From positions 23,560,001 to 23,624,000 of the forward strand of contig NC_091283.1 of NCBI RefSeq assembly GCF_032444005.1: a stretch of 64,000 nucleotides of DNA. Direction: 5' to 3'. Source of the DNA: Ranitomeya imitator. Lineage: Eukaryota. The notes beneath the pieces are model-generated. The model saw nothing but the letters and a program-made list of their open reading frames with translations, had not been told where the DNA came from and made no database searches. Shown one piece after another: positions 51,830 through 64,000 of this stretch (the stretch's first letter is position 1; the number at the start of each line of letters is the position of its first letter). The position numbers and the translations under genes were made by a program.

Positions 51830-52940
51830 GCAATGATGGTGGATCCCAGATCCCACCAAGCCCCGAGGTCAGGACAATGATGGGAGTGATGGTGGATCAC
51901 AGAATGCTCAGGGCAGGACAATGATGGGAGTGATGGTGGATCACAGAATGCTCAGGGCAGGACAATGATGGGAGTGATGGTGGACCACAGAGCCCAGCAA
52001 GCCCCGAGGTCAGGACAATGATGGGAGTGATGGTGGACCACAGATCCCAGCATGCTCCGAGGTCAGGACAATGATGGGAGTGATGGTGGATCCCAGCATG
52101 CTCAGGGCAGGACAATGATGGGAGTGATGGTGGATCACAGAATGCTCAGGGCAGGACAATGATGGGAGTGATGGTGGACCACAGAGCCCAGCAAGCCCCG
52201 AGGTCAGGACAATGATGGGAGTGATGGTGGACCACAGATCCCAGCATGCTCCGAGGTCAGGACAATGATGGGAGTGATGGTGGATCACAGAATGCTCAGG
52301 GCAGGACAATGATGGGAGTGATGGTGACCACAGATCCCAGCATGCTCCGAGGTCAGGACAATGATGGGAGTGATGGTGGATCACAGAATGCTCAGGGCAG
52401 GACAATGATGGGAGTGATGGTGACCACAGATCCCAGCATGCTCCGAGGTCAGGACAATGATGGGAGTGATGGTGGATCACAGAATGCTCAGGGCAGGACA
52501 ATGATGGGAGTGATGGTGGACCACAGATCCCAGCATGCTCAGGGCAGGATAATGATGGGAGTGATGGTGGATCCAGATCCCAGCATCCTCCGAGGTCAGG
52601 ACAATGATGGGAGTGATGGTGGATCCGAGCATGCTCAGGGCAGGACAATGATGGGAGTGATGGTGAACCACAGATCCCAGCATGCTCAGGGCAGGACAAT
52701 GATGGGATTGATGGTGAACCACAGATCCCAGCATGCTCAGGGCAGGACAATGATGGGATTGATGGTGAACCACAGATCCCAGCATGCTCAGGGCAGGACA
52801 ATGATGGGAGTGATGGTGAACCACAGATCCCAGCATGCTCAGGGCAGGACAATGATGGGAGTGATGGTGAACCACAGATCCCAGCATGCGCAGGGCAGGA
52901 CAATGATGGGAGTGATGGTGGACCACAGAGCCCAGCATGC
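51830..52940. repeat. About 51 bp minisatellite in the fbxo46 5'UTR intron
   Basis: cacagatcccagcatgctcagggcaggacaatgatgggagtgatggtgaac in tandem. Confidence 0.93.
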
Positions 52941-53101
52941 TCTACCCCGGACACCAGGCCCCAGTAACCGGAGGCCCGGGACATCAGTCACCTGACACCG
53001 GGGACCCCACTACGGGAATACAGGCCACAGTCCCGAGGATCAGGATCACACAGCGGCCCTCGCCCGCTCCCTGCCAGGATAATGGGCGACACCTGTCTCA
53101 C

Positions 53102-53400
53102 CTGCCGCTTGCCGCTGACCATGACCCTGCGCTCATGGGATTAATAATCCGGGAGGCCTCCGGTGCCGGGCTCTTCCTCCGGTGACCCGGGTCTCGCCCG
53201 CTGACTCCCCGGACACCCGAGGAGCTGTCACTCAGGGAGGGGAGTCACCTGACCTCTTAAAGGGACAGTCTCTTTCTGGCTCCCACGCTGAGTGCACTCC
53301 CGTGACGGACAGCAACAGGAGGAGCAAGCAGCCAATCAGCGGCCGTGGATCCGGGCATCTCCTTATATGGAAACTCCCCGGCTGGGTTAGGGTTCGTGGT
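53102..53400 (-). promoter_or_regulatory. Putative fbxo46 non-coding first exon and promoter
   Basis: Donor CAG|GTGAGA at 53102/53101, CpG-rich, CCAAT at about 53332. Confidence 0.5.
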
Positions 53401-53944
53401 GAAAGCGCAACAGCCTGAGAGATCCGCAGAGCCGCAGTGCAGACCAGAGGCCCCGCTCTGCGGCTGCAGGAACATCGTGCGGGTCCCTAAAGTCAGACGC
53501 TACAGTGTAACTCGACCTCCGCCCCCAGCAATAACAGGAGGGCGGGGCTTGTGGAATGTCAGGCGTTACATTGTATCTCTGATAATCCCGCCCCCAAGTA
53601 ATGAGACACGAGCAGAACTATGACGTCATGTTACAGCGGATTAATATCACCCACCTGTTCTTCACTGCCTGCAATCACCAGGATACTGCTCTGTATACAA
53701 CACTCAGTGTATGGGAAAAAGTATGTGCCCCCTCCACATCCAACAGGCATGACCCTGGGTAAAAAGTAGACTTGGGGTCCAAAAACCCGACCTATTGCCC
53801 CGTCACCCACCAACATTTATACAAGGTGACTCCAGACTGTTACCGATCAGCTACAATCCAGTTGGCAGCACTACAGATCCATTCACGTGATGGGACAGAG
53901 GTGATGACCCGGCCCTGGAGCCCTGACCGCACATAATAAGAATC

Positions 53945-54168
53945 CTTTTATATAGCGCCAACATATTCCGCAGTGCTGTACAGTTTGCACACATTATCAT
54001 CACTGTCCCCGATGGGGCTCACAATGTGGGAGGAAACCGGAGAACCCGGAGAAAACCCACGAAACACGGGGAGAACACACAACCTCATTGCAGATGTTGT
54101 TCTTGGCAGGAATTGAACCCAGGACCCCAGCGCTTCAATGCTAACCACAGAGCCACCGTGCCGCCCAC
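53945..54168 (-). mobile_element. tRNA-derived SINE with V-domain core and L2-like tail
   Basis: Minus strand: GGGCGGCACGGTGGC...GGGTTCAATTCC (A/B boxes), TTCTCCCCGTG...TCCGGTTTCCTCCCACA, then TGTACAGCACTGCGGAATATGTTGGCGCTATATAAA. Confidence 0.85.
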
Positions 54169-54369
54169 CATCCTTTCTGTCCGGGATCACAAGAGACAGA
54201 TCTGCCAAGCCTCATACACAGAGGATCTGGGATCAGCTCTCCATGATGTTTGGCACAACCTCCTGCAGGATAATGGCTAGCTGACGGAAACAATTTGCAA
54301 ACTCTCAAGACTACTCAGGTCTCTTCATCCGGCAGAGAATAACACAAAATCTGAAGAGTCACATATTAA

Positions 54370-54772
54370 GGGTATGTGCACACGTTGCGGATTTTCTGCG
54401 GATCCGCAGCATTTTTTTGCAGTGCAGAAACGCTGCAGATCCGCAATTGATTTACAGTACAATGTAAATCAATGAGAAAAAAAAATGCTGTGCACACTTT
54501 GTGGAAAATCCGCTGAGGAAACGCTGCGGTTTAAAAGAAGTAGCATGTCACTTTTTTGTGAATCTGCATCGTTTTTGTACCCATTCCATTATAGAAAACC
54601 GCAGGGGTAAAAAAACGCAGCAAATCCGCAAGAAAAACGCAGCAAAAACGCACAAAAACCGCTGTGGAACCGCACAAAAAACGCGACATATCCGCAGGTG
54701 CGTTTTCTGCCAGGAGAGGCAGAATCCGCACCAGAAATTCCTAAGCCTAATCCGCAACGTGTGCACATAGCC
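54370..54772. mobile_element. MITE (GGGTATGTGCACACGTTGCGGA TIR)
   Basis: 22 bp TIR with one mismatch, flanked by TAA and TTA. Confidence 0.85.
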
Positions 54773-55281
54773 TTATACACAAGAGGACACAGGAATAGCG
54801 CAATAGACAAGACAAGTGACTTGAAACAGAACTATCATTATGGGAGAGGGATAAACAGTTGTGGCCATAAATATTGGAACAGTTCATAGATAAGGAATGT
54901 GAACACTGTATTGTCCTGTGATTGAAGTCTAGTCCAGGACTGTGATGCCTCCACATGGTCTGAAGAGCACATTCTTTAGTTGATGTAGAAGAACATAAGT
55001 CCATGAGACACATTCATTCCTGCACGGACAGTGCCAAAGGTTGTCATCAGTTTATTCCCCCAGATCCTTCTGTCTCGCTGAGATTTGAAATTACCATTTA
55101 ATACAAGTAATTTCATGTCCATGGTGCTGGGAGACAGAAATGTATTGCCACAGGTAAATCCATTTTTTCTCTTACTGTGTGTCAATGAGAATTCATCCTT
55201 GTTCTTAGTCTTTGCCCTGTCTCCCCCACATACAGACCCCCAGTTGGACATTTAGTACAAATAATTAAGTACACCACATTA

Positions 55282-56170
55282 GGCCGGTTTCACACTTCAG
55301 TGTCTCCGGTACGTGAGGTGACAGTTTCCTCACGTACCGGAGCCACTGACACACGTAGACACATTGAAATCAATGTATCTGTGCAGTTGTCATTGATTTT
55401 TTGCGGACCGAGTCTCCGTGTGCCAAACATGGAGACATGTCAGTGTTCGTGGGAGCGCACGTATTACACGGACCCATTAAAGTCAATGGGTCCGTGTAAA
55501 ACACGTACCTCACACGGACGTTGTCCGTGTGCCGTCCATGTGCCGTGCAGGAGACAGCGCAACAGTAAGCGCTGTCCCCCCACTGGTGCTGAAACCGCGA
55601 TTCATATCTTCTGTGCAGCAGCGTTTGCTGCAGAGAAGATATGAATAATCCTTTTTTTTTTTAAGTTTATCGTGTATAAAATAAAGGTCCATGTCCCCAC
55701 CCCCCTCCCACCCCCTGTGCGCCCCCACTCCTCCCCCCTCGCTGTTCTGAAAATACTCACCCAGCTCCCTCGTTGGCTGTCGCTGCTTCCTGTCCTGGCC
55801 GCACCTTCTACTGTATGCGGTCACGTGGGGGGGGGGGGGGGTGCACAAGGGGTTGGGGGGGGGGGGGTTGGGGACATGGACCTTTATTAAAAAAAAGGAT
55901 TATTCATATCTTCTCTGCAGCAAATGCTGCTGCACAGAAGATATGAATCGTGGTTTCAGCATGATGCAGGGGACAGCGCTAAACTTTAGCGCTGTCTCCT
56001 GCACAGCGCTAAACTTTAGCGCTGTCTCCTGCACGCTCCGTGTGGTACCCAGTGGGCACACGGGCAGCACTGATGTGCCACAGAAACGCAGGGGCACACG
56101 GACACGGATAATTCCGGTACCGATTTTTTCCGGTACCGGAATTATCTGGACGTGTGGGACTGCCCTTAGG
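55282..56170. mobile_element. MITE with a long internal inverted repeat
   Basis: Arms at about 55560-55700 and 55870-55990 are reverse complements; begins TAGGCCGGTTTCACAC. Confidence 0.7.
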
Positions 56171-56579
56171 AGTGACGCAGCTGAAAGTACCTGGGATCTT
56201 GTAGTCCTGATGTGAATTGGGGATCTTTATCTTGTCCGTGGTCATTATAAATGGACAGGTTTTACATTTTTTCTGGTTGCAGGGAAAGGTTCCTGCAGCT
56301 GTTGGAGAGGACAGCGAGCCTCTGACAATGATGCTTCTTAGATTTGGGGGCTTCCTAAAACACAGAAGTGGGGGGGGGGCGGTTCTGTAAAAATGGATTA
56401 TAATCGGGTATCTTTTTGTAGTAAAGGTTGTTGTTTCCGACTACTAGAAGCACCCGGTTGCTTTCTTCTTTAGCTTTGTAATTTAGCAGGTGATTCCTTG
56501 ATATTCTGGTGTTCACGGGTTTGCCACGACAGAGAGGAGCTAGAAGACTGCAGCTTCTGATTTTTCCTCCTGCACTGGT

Positions 56580-57710
56580 TAGAAACACTTATCCTTCTTA
56601 TGAAATAGTGTTAATATCTTTTGGCAGTGCAGGAGTTAATCTGCTCAGTTGAGAGCTCCTGTATCTAATGCTCTCAGCTGTGCACTGTTAGCCCCTCCTA
56701 TTTCCTATATAATCTGGGCCCTGGCTAGCACTCATTGTCAGAGATAGCTTATGTTGCAAGGCTGGAGGTTGTTGCTGGTGGTTATTGAAGAAGGCGCTGG
56801 GTGGATTTATCTGTGACTGTTGATTGGTTTTGAGTGTATGATAATTTCCTTTCTTCTTCTCCTGCTTTGGTTTAACATCATCCTAAACTTCCCGGTACAA
56901 TCCTCTGTTGTATGTGTGAGTATTGTGGTAGATCAGCTCAGTCAGCTGTACACAGAGGTAGACACAGGAACACTGTCTTCTTAAGAACTTCCTTTAGTTT
57001 ATTATAGCCAGCATAAACCAAGGTGAAGTAAAACAACCACAGCCCTCTGGGCAAAATAAGAAAACAAAACAAAATGGTAATACAAAGCACAGTCCATCTG
57101 GTAGCGGGGTTCCTACCACTCACAGCAGAACACACACGGTTCAGGTTGGTTCCAGCATAACCACTTCTCTGGATTGTTCCTCTCCATACACTGAACCCCG
57201 ATGGCCTCTCGAGGCCAGCTATTTAAGCCCCAGACCACATCCTGGGGTGGAGATAAGGTGGACAACCTCCCACCCGCTCTATGGTTGTGCACAAAAAAAC
57301 AGCACATTCAATAAATTAGCTGTTAACCACTCACAGCACTTAATGCGCTGGAGGAAAATCTCTGGGTTTCACAACACTGATGCCATTAAGCACAGTGAAA
57401 CATATCTCCCCTCCAGCACTTCACCAGTGACTTTATCACAATCTATTTGTATGTTTTGTATGTTTGTCACTCCTGTTCAAATTACCTTATTAGTCTGGCT
57501 GGTGTATCAAGGTACACCACTACTCCCCTCTTCCCTGGGTGGGAAAAGGGTACAGACTGAGGGCAGATTCAAGAAATAAGGCAAGGTATGTGGCCTCGGC
57601 ATCTTCACCATCAGAAGTAATCCAGGGTACAGGTCGAGCTAGGGCGTCCCTAGCGTTAGGGACAGGGTAGGAGCCCTTGGTCCCGGGACACCTGACAACA
57701 GAGTTGTGAC
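56580..57710. mobile_element. Cluster of LTR-like fragments or solo LTRs
   Basis: TATA-like boxes, poly-A signals and ...ACA / TG... termini (for example actttatcaca at 57430-57440 and gttgtgaca at about 57710); no internal coding domains. Confidence 0.4.
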
Positions 57711-57715
57711 AGATT

Positions 57716-58290
57716 GCTCTTGTAATCTGGTTTTCAATTGTTCTTGGATGGTAGCCCTGATTCAAAAAGGCCTTTCTGAGGCCATCAAGATGTTTGTCTC
57801 CTTCTGTAGGGCTGGACATATCTGATTGCTTCTGATGGCTTGGCTGTAGACAATACAGGGTTTTTTTACATGTTTTGGATGGAAACTCTAAGGTATGTTA
57901 GACGGTCGATTGTCTTCTGGTACAGGGATGTCTCTATTTCATTGTTATGTAGCTTAATGATGGTGTCCATAAAGTTAATGTCAGTACAGAAGTAGTTGAG
58001 TGTTAAGTTGATGGTGGGATGAAATTGATTAAATGTTCATGGAACGTCTTTAGCTGTTGGTCTGACTTCGCCTAGATGATTAAATATTGTCAATATAACG
58101 TTAGTAGGCCAGAGGTCTGATGGGACATGAGGATAAAAAGTCACTTTCAAGTTTGGCCATGAAAAGATTTGCATACTGTGGAGCCATTTTACTTCCCATT
58201 GTTGTTCAAGGTTCCAGTAGATATATCTTGTTATCAAATTCAAAGTAATTGTGGGTGATCTCCAAATTGGGGAGAACCCCAAATAAACCC
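57716..58290 (-). mobile_element. Penelope-like retroelement RT/thumb fragment
   Basis: Minus strand encodes INFMDTIIKL...LYQKTIDRLTYL and DGLRKAFLNQGYHPRTIENQITRA, typical of the PLE RT C-terminus. Confidence 0.7.
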
Positions 58291-58348
58291 TCACTAGAAG
58301 ACCATAAAATTTAACTTTTATTTCTATTAGTTAAAATAAAGTATATAC

Positions 58349-58719
58349 AGTGGGTGCAGAAAGTATTAGACCTCTTTAAATTTTTCACTCTTTGTTTCAT
58401 TGCAGCCATTTGGTAAATTTAAAAAAGTTCATTTTTTCTCATTAATGTGCACTCTGCACCCCATCTTGACAGAAAAAAAACAGAAATGTAGTAATTTTTG
58501 CAAATTTATTAAAAAAGAAAAACTGAACTATCACATAGTCATAAGTCTTCAGACCCTTTGCTCAGTATTGAGTAGAAGCCCCTTTTGAGCTCGTACAGCC
58601 ATGAGTCTTCTTGGGAATGATGCAACAAGTTTTTCACCCCTGGATTTGGGGATCCTCGGCCATTCTTCCTTGCAGATACACCCCAGTTCCGTCAGGTTGG
58701 ATGGTGAACGTTGGTGGAC
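58349..58719. mobile_element. Tc1/mariner end, interrupted by the Gypsy LTR at 58720
   Basis: TA-CAGTGGGTGCAGAAAGTATT terminus with an inner direct repeat (AAGTCTTCAGACCC) at about 58543. Confidence 0.8.
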
Positions 58720-61700
58720 TGTTATGCTGAGATAATTCAGTACCACAATGGACATAAAAGTCAGAGCACATACAGTGATCTGACAATAACCCAAAAAACA
58801 TAGAACGAGCTCTGAGACGTGGGAACTCTGCTGACCGCAATCCCTAATCCTCTCAAACCACAATAGAGGCAGCCGTGGATTGCGCCTAACGCTCCCTATG
58901 CAACTCGGCACAGCCTGAGAAACTAGCTAGCCTGAAGATAGAAAATAAGCCTACCTTGCCTCAGAGAAATACCCCAAAGGAAAAGGCAGCCCCCACATAT
59001 AATGACTGTGAGTTAGATGAAAAGACAAACGTAAAGATGAAATAGATTTAGCAAAGTGAGGCCCGACTTACTAAACAGAGCGAGGATAGGAAAGGTAACT
59101 TTGCGGTCAACACAAAACCCTACAAACAACCACGCAAAGGGGGCAAAAAGACCCTCCGTACCGAACTAACGGCACGGAGGTACACCCTCTGCGTCCCAGA
59201 GCTTCCAGCTAGCAAGGAAAAACAAATAGACAAGCTGGACAGAAAAAAACAGCAAACAAAATAGCAAAGCAGAACTTAGCTATGCAGAGCAGCAGGCCAC
59301 AGGAATGATCCAGGAGGAAACAGGTCCAATACTAGAACATTGACTGGAGGCCAGGATCAAAGCACCAGGTGGAGTTAAATAGAGCAGCACCTAACGACTT
59401 CACCACATCACCTGAGGAAGGAAACTCAGAAGCCGCAGTACCACTCTCCTCCACTAACGGAAGCTCACAGAGAGAATCAGCCGAAGTACCACTTGTGACC
59501 ACAGGAGGGAGCTCTGCCACAGAATTCACAACAGTACCCCCCCCTTGAGGAGGGGTCACCGAACCCTCACCAGAGCCCCCGGGACGACCAGGATGAGCCA
59601 CATGAAAGGCACGAACAAGATCGGGAGCATGGACATCAGAGGCAAAGACCCAGGAATTATCTTCCTGAGCATAACCCTTCCACTTAACCAGATACTGGAG
59701 TTTCCGTCTTGAAACACGAGAATCCAAAATCTTCTCCACAATATACTCCAACTCCCCCTCCACCAAAACCGGGGCAGGAGGATCAACAGATGGAACCATA
59801 GGTGCCACGTATCTCCACAACAATGACCTATGGAACACGTTATGTATGGAAAAAGAATCTGGAAGGGTCAGACGAAAAGACACAGGATTAAGAACCTCAG
59901 AAATCCTATACAGACCAATGAAACGAGGTTTAAACTTAGGAGAGGAAACCTTCATAGGAATATGACGAGAAGATAACCAAACCAAATCCCCAACACGAAG
60001 TCGGGGACCCACACAGCGTCTGCGATTAGCGAAACGTTGAGCCTTCTCCTGGGACAAGGTCAAATTGTCCACTACATGAGTCCAAATCTGCTGCAACCTG
60101 TCCACCACAGTATCCACACCAGGACAGTCCGAAGACTCAACCTGTCCTGAAGAGAAACGAGGATGGAACCCAGAGTTGCAGAAAAACGGCTAAACCAAGG
60201 TAGCCGAGCTGGCCCGATTATTAAGGGCAAACTCAGCCAAAGGCAAAAAGGACACCCAGTCATCCTGATCAGCAGAAACAAAGCATCTCAGATATGTCTC
60301 CAAGGTCTGATTGGTTCGTTCGGTCTGGCCATTAGTCTGAGGATGGAAAGCCGAGGAAAAAGACAAGTCAATGCCCATCCTACCACAAAAGGCTCGCCAA
60401 AACCTCAAAACAAACTGGGAACCTCTGTCAGAAACGATATTCTCTGGAATGCCATGTAAATGAACCACATGCTGGAAGAACAATGGCACCAAATCAGAGG
60501 AGGAAGGTAATTTAGACAAGGGTACCAAATGGACCATTTTAGAGAAGCGATCACAGACCACCCAAATGACTGACATCTTTTGAGAGACGGGAAGATCTGA
60601 AATAAAATCCATAGAGATATGTGTCCAAAGCCTCTTCGGGACCGGCAAGGGCAAAAGCAACCCACTGGCACGAGAACAGCAGGGCTTAGCCCGAGCACAA
60701 ATCCCACAGGACTGCACAAAAGAACGCACATCCCGCGATAGAGATGGCCACCAAAAGGATCTAGCCACCAACTCTCTGGTACCAAAGATTCCAGGATGAC
60801 CAGCCAACACCGAACAATGAACCTCAGAGATAACTTTATTCGTCCACCTATCAGGGACAAACAGTTTCTCCGCTGGGCAACGATCAGGTTTATTAGCCTG
60901 AAATTTTTGCAGCACCCGCCGCAAATCAGGGGAGATGGCAGACACAATTACTCCCTCTTTGAGGATACCCGCCGGCTCAGATAAACCCGGAGAGTCGGGC
61001 ACAAAACTCCTAGACAGAGCATCCGCATTCACATTTTTAGAGCCCGGAAGGTACGAAACCACAAAGTCAAAACGGGCAAAAAACAGCGACCAACGAGCCT
61101 GTCTGGGATTCAACCGCTTGGCAGACTCGAGATAAGTCAAGTTCTTATGATCAGTCAAGACCACCACGCGATGCTTAGCTCCTTCAAGCCAATGACGCCA
61201 CTCCTCGAATGCCCACTTCATGGCCAGCAACTCTCGATTGCCCACATCATAATTTCGCTCAGCAGGCGAAAAATTCCTAGAAAAGAAGGCGCATGGTTTC
61301 ATCACCGAGCAATCAGAACTTCTCTGCGACAAAACAGCCCCTGCTCCAATCTCAGAAGCATCAACCTCGAGCTGGAATGGAAGCGAAACATCTGGTTGAC
61401 ACAACACAGGGGCAGAAGAAAAACGACGCTTCAACTCTTGAAAAGCCTCCACAGCAGCAGAAGACCAATTGACCACATCAGCACCCTTCTTGGTCAAATC
61501 GGTCAATGGTTTAGCAATACTAGAAAAATTGCAGATGAAGCGACGATAAAAATTAGCAAAGCCCAGGAACTTTTGCAGACTTTTCAGAGATGTCGGCTGA
61601 GTCCAATCATGGATGGCTTGGACCTTAACAGGGTCCATCTCGATGGTAGAAGGGGAAAAGATGAACCCCAAAAATGAAACCTTCTGAACACCAAAGAGAC

Positions 61701-64000
61701 ACTTTGATCCCTTCACAAACAAAGAATTAGCACGCAGGACCTAAACACCGTTCTGACCTGCTTCACATGAGACTCCCAATCATCCGAGAAGATCAAAATG
61801 TCATCCAAGTACACAATCAGGAATTTATCCAGGTACTCTCGGAAGATGTCATGCATAAAGGACTGAAACACTGATGGAGCATTGGCAAGTCCGAATGGCA
61901 TTACTAGATACTCAAAATGGCCCTCGGGCGTATTAAATGCAGTTTTCCACTCATCGCCTCGCTTAATACGCACAAGATTATACGCACCACGAAGATCTAT
62001 CTTTGTGAACCAACTAGCCCCCTTAATCCGAGCAAACAAATCAGATAACAACGGCAAGGGGTACTGAAATTTTACCGTGATCTTATTTAGAAGGCGGTAA
62101 TCTATACAAGGTCTCAGCGAACCATCCTTCTTGGCTACAAAAAAGAACCCTGCTCCTAATGGCGACGATGATGGGCGAATATGCCCCTTCTCCAAGGACT
62201 CCATCACATAACTCCGCATAGCGGCGTGCTCAGGCACAGACAAATTAAACAGTCGACCTTTTGGGAATTTACTACCAGGAATCAAATCGATAGCACAATC
62301 ACAATCCCTATGCGGAGGTAGGGTATCGGACTTGGGCTCATCAAATACATCCCGGTAATCAGACAAGAACTCTGGAACCTCAGAAGGGGTGGATGACGAA
62401 ATAGTCAGAAATGGGACATCACCATGTACCCCCTGACAACCCCAGCTGGACACAGACATGGATTTCCAATCTAATACTGGATTATGGACTTGTAGCCATG
62501 GCAACCCCAACACGACCACATCATGCAGATTATGCAACACCAGAAAGCGAATAACCTCCTGATGTGCAGGAGCTATGCACATGGTCAGCTGGGTCCAGTA
62601 CTGAGGCTTATTCTTGGCCAAAGGCGTAGCATCAATTCCTCTCAATGGAATAGGACACTGCAAGGGCTCCAAGAAAAACCCACAACGCCTAGCATACTCC
62701 AAGTCCATCAAATTCAGAGCAGCGCCTGAGTCCACAAATGCCATGACAGAATACGATGACAAAGAGCAGATCAAGGTAACGGACAAAAGAAATTTTGACT
62801 GTACCGTACCAATGGTGGCAGAACTAGCGAACCGCTTAGTGCGCTTAGGACAATCAGAGATAGCATGAGTGGAATCACCACAGTAGAAACACAGCCCATT
62901 CAGATGTCTGTGTTCTTGCCGTTCAACTCTGGTCAAAGTCCTATCGCACTGCATAGGCTCAGGTTTAAGCTCAGGTAATACCGCCAAATGGTGCACAGAT
63001 TTACGCTCACGCAAGCGTCGACCGATCTGAATAGCCAAAGACATAGACTCATTTAAACCAGCAGGCAAAGGAAATCCCACCATGACATCCTTAAGGGCTT
63101 CAGAGAGACCCTTTCTGAAAATAGCTGCGAGCGCACCTTCATTCCATTGAGTGAGTACGGACCACTTTCTAAATTTCTGACAATATACCTCTATATCATC
63201 CTGAGCCTGACACAGAGCCAGCAAATTCTTCTCTGCCTGATCCACTGAATTAGGTTCATCGTACAGCAATCCGAGCGCCAGGAAAAACGCATCGATATTA
63301 CTTAATGCAGGATCTCCTGGCGCAAGAGAAAATGCCCAGTCCTGAGGGTCGCCACATAAAAAAGAAATAATGATCAAAACTTGTTGAACTGGGTCACCAG
63401 AGGAGCGAGGTTTCAAGACCAGAAATAGTTTACAATTATTTTTGAAACTCAGAAATTTAGTTCTATCTCCAAAAAACAAATCAGGAATAGGAATTCTTGG
63501 TTCTAACATAGATTTCTGATCAATAGTGTCTTGAATACTTTGTACTCTTGCTGAGAGCTGATCCACACATGAAGACAGACCTTTAATGTCCATCGCTACA
63601 CCTGTGTACTGAACCACCCAAATGTCTAGGGGAAAAAAAGGCAAAACACAGTGCAGAGAAAAAAAAATGGTCTCAGAACTTATTTTTTCCCTCTATTGAG
63701 AATCATTAGTACTTTTGGCCTCCAGTACTGTTATGCTGAGATAATTCAGTACCACAATGGACATAGAGGTCAGCGCACATACAGAGACCTGGCAATAACC
63801 CAAAAAACATAGAACGAGCTCTGAGACGTGGGAACTCTGCTGACCGCAATCCCTAATCCTCTCAAACCACAATAGAGGCAGCCGTGGATTGCGCCTAACG
63901 CTCCCTATGCAACTCGGCACGGCCTGAGAAACTAGCTAGCCTGAAGATAGAAAATAAGCCTACCTTGCCTCAGAGAAATACCCCAAAGGAAAAGGCAGCC
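58720..64000 (-). mobile_element. Second chromodomain Ty3/Gypsy element; 3' LTR 58720-59533, 5' LTR from 63729 to beyond the window; gag-pol disabled
   Basis: ORFs 61713..63644, 60190..61722 and 59332..60117 are homologous to element 1; 1 bp frameshift near 61740 and TAG stop near 60190; PPT at about 59537-59547. Confidence 0.96.

Noticed and set aside
51791-51859. Upstream in-frame ATG extending fbxo46 to 469 aa
   Set aside because: It lies upstream of the acceptor at 51801, at the edge of the intronic minisatellite; MDSRLP matches the recalled vertebrate N-terminus better.
52010-52995. His-rich and Met/Gly-rich ORFs (HHHSHHCP repeats)
   Set aside because: Translations of the 51 bp minisatellite.

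Overview
Vertebrate genomic DNA, very probably an anuran (frog), inferred from the repeat families and compact GC-rich genes. Four host genes can be built from splice sites and homology: two short peptidoglycan-recognition genes (pglyrp1-like) in head-to-head orientation (A on minus, CDS 12423-10963; B on plus, CDS 28958-40283), qpctl (minus, 7 exons, 48082-43987) and fbxo46 (minus, single coding exon, 51790-50450). The rest is mobile DNA and about ten different minisatellites: two chromodomain Ty3/Gypsy (Tf1/sushi-type) elements plus a related solo LTR, three near-identical young CR1 LINEs, several Tc1/mariner copies, decayed L1/Tx1 and Penelope pieces, a V-SINE and MITEs. Most notable: (i) tRNA-independent self-priming signatures whose 9-11 nt sequence differs between LTR subfamilies; (ii) a chimeric Gypsy that probably marks a deletion; (iii) two PGRPs that both keep all amidase zinc ligands; (iv) about 100 CTCF-like motifs in tandem in a PGRP intron and about 45 E-box-bearing units upstream of the same gene; (v) a hammerhead-ribozyme-shaped Penelope end. 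No databases or programs were run; coordinates were read by hand.
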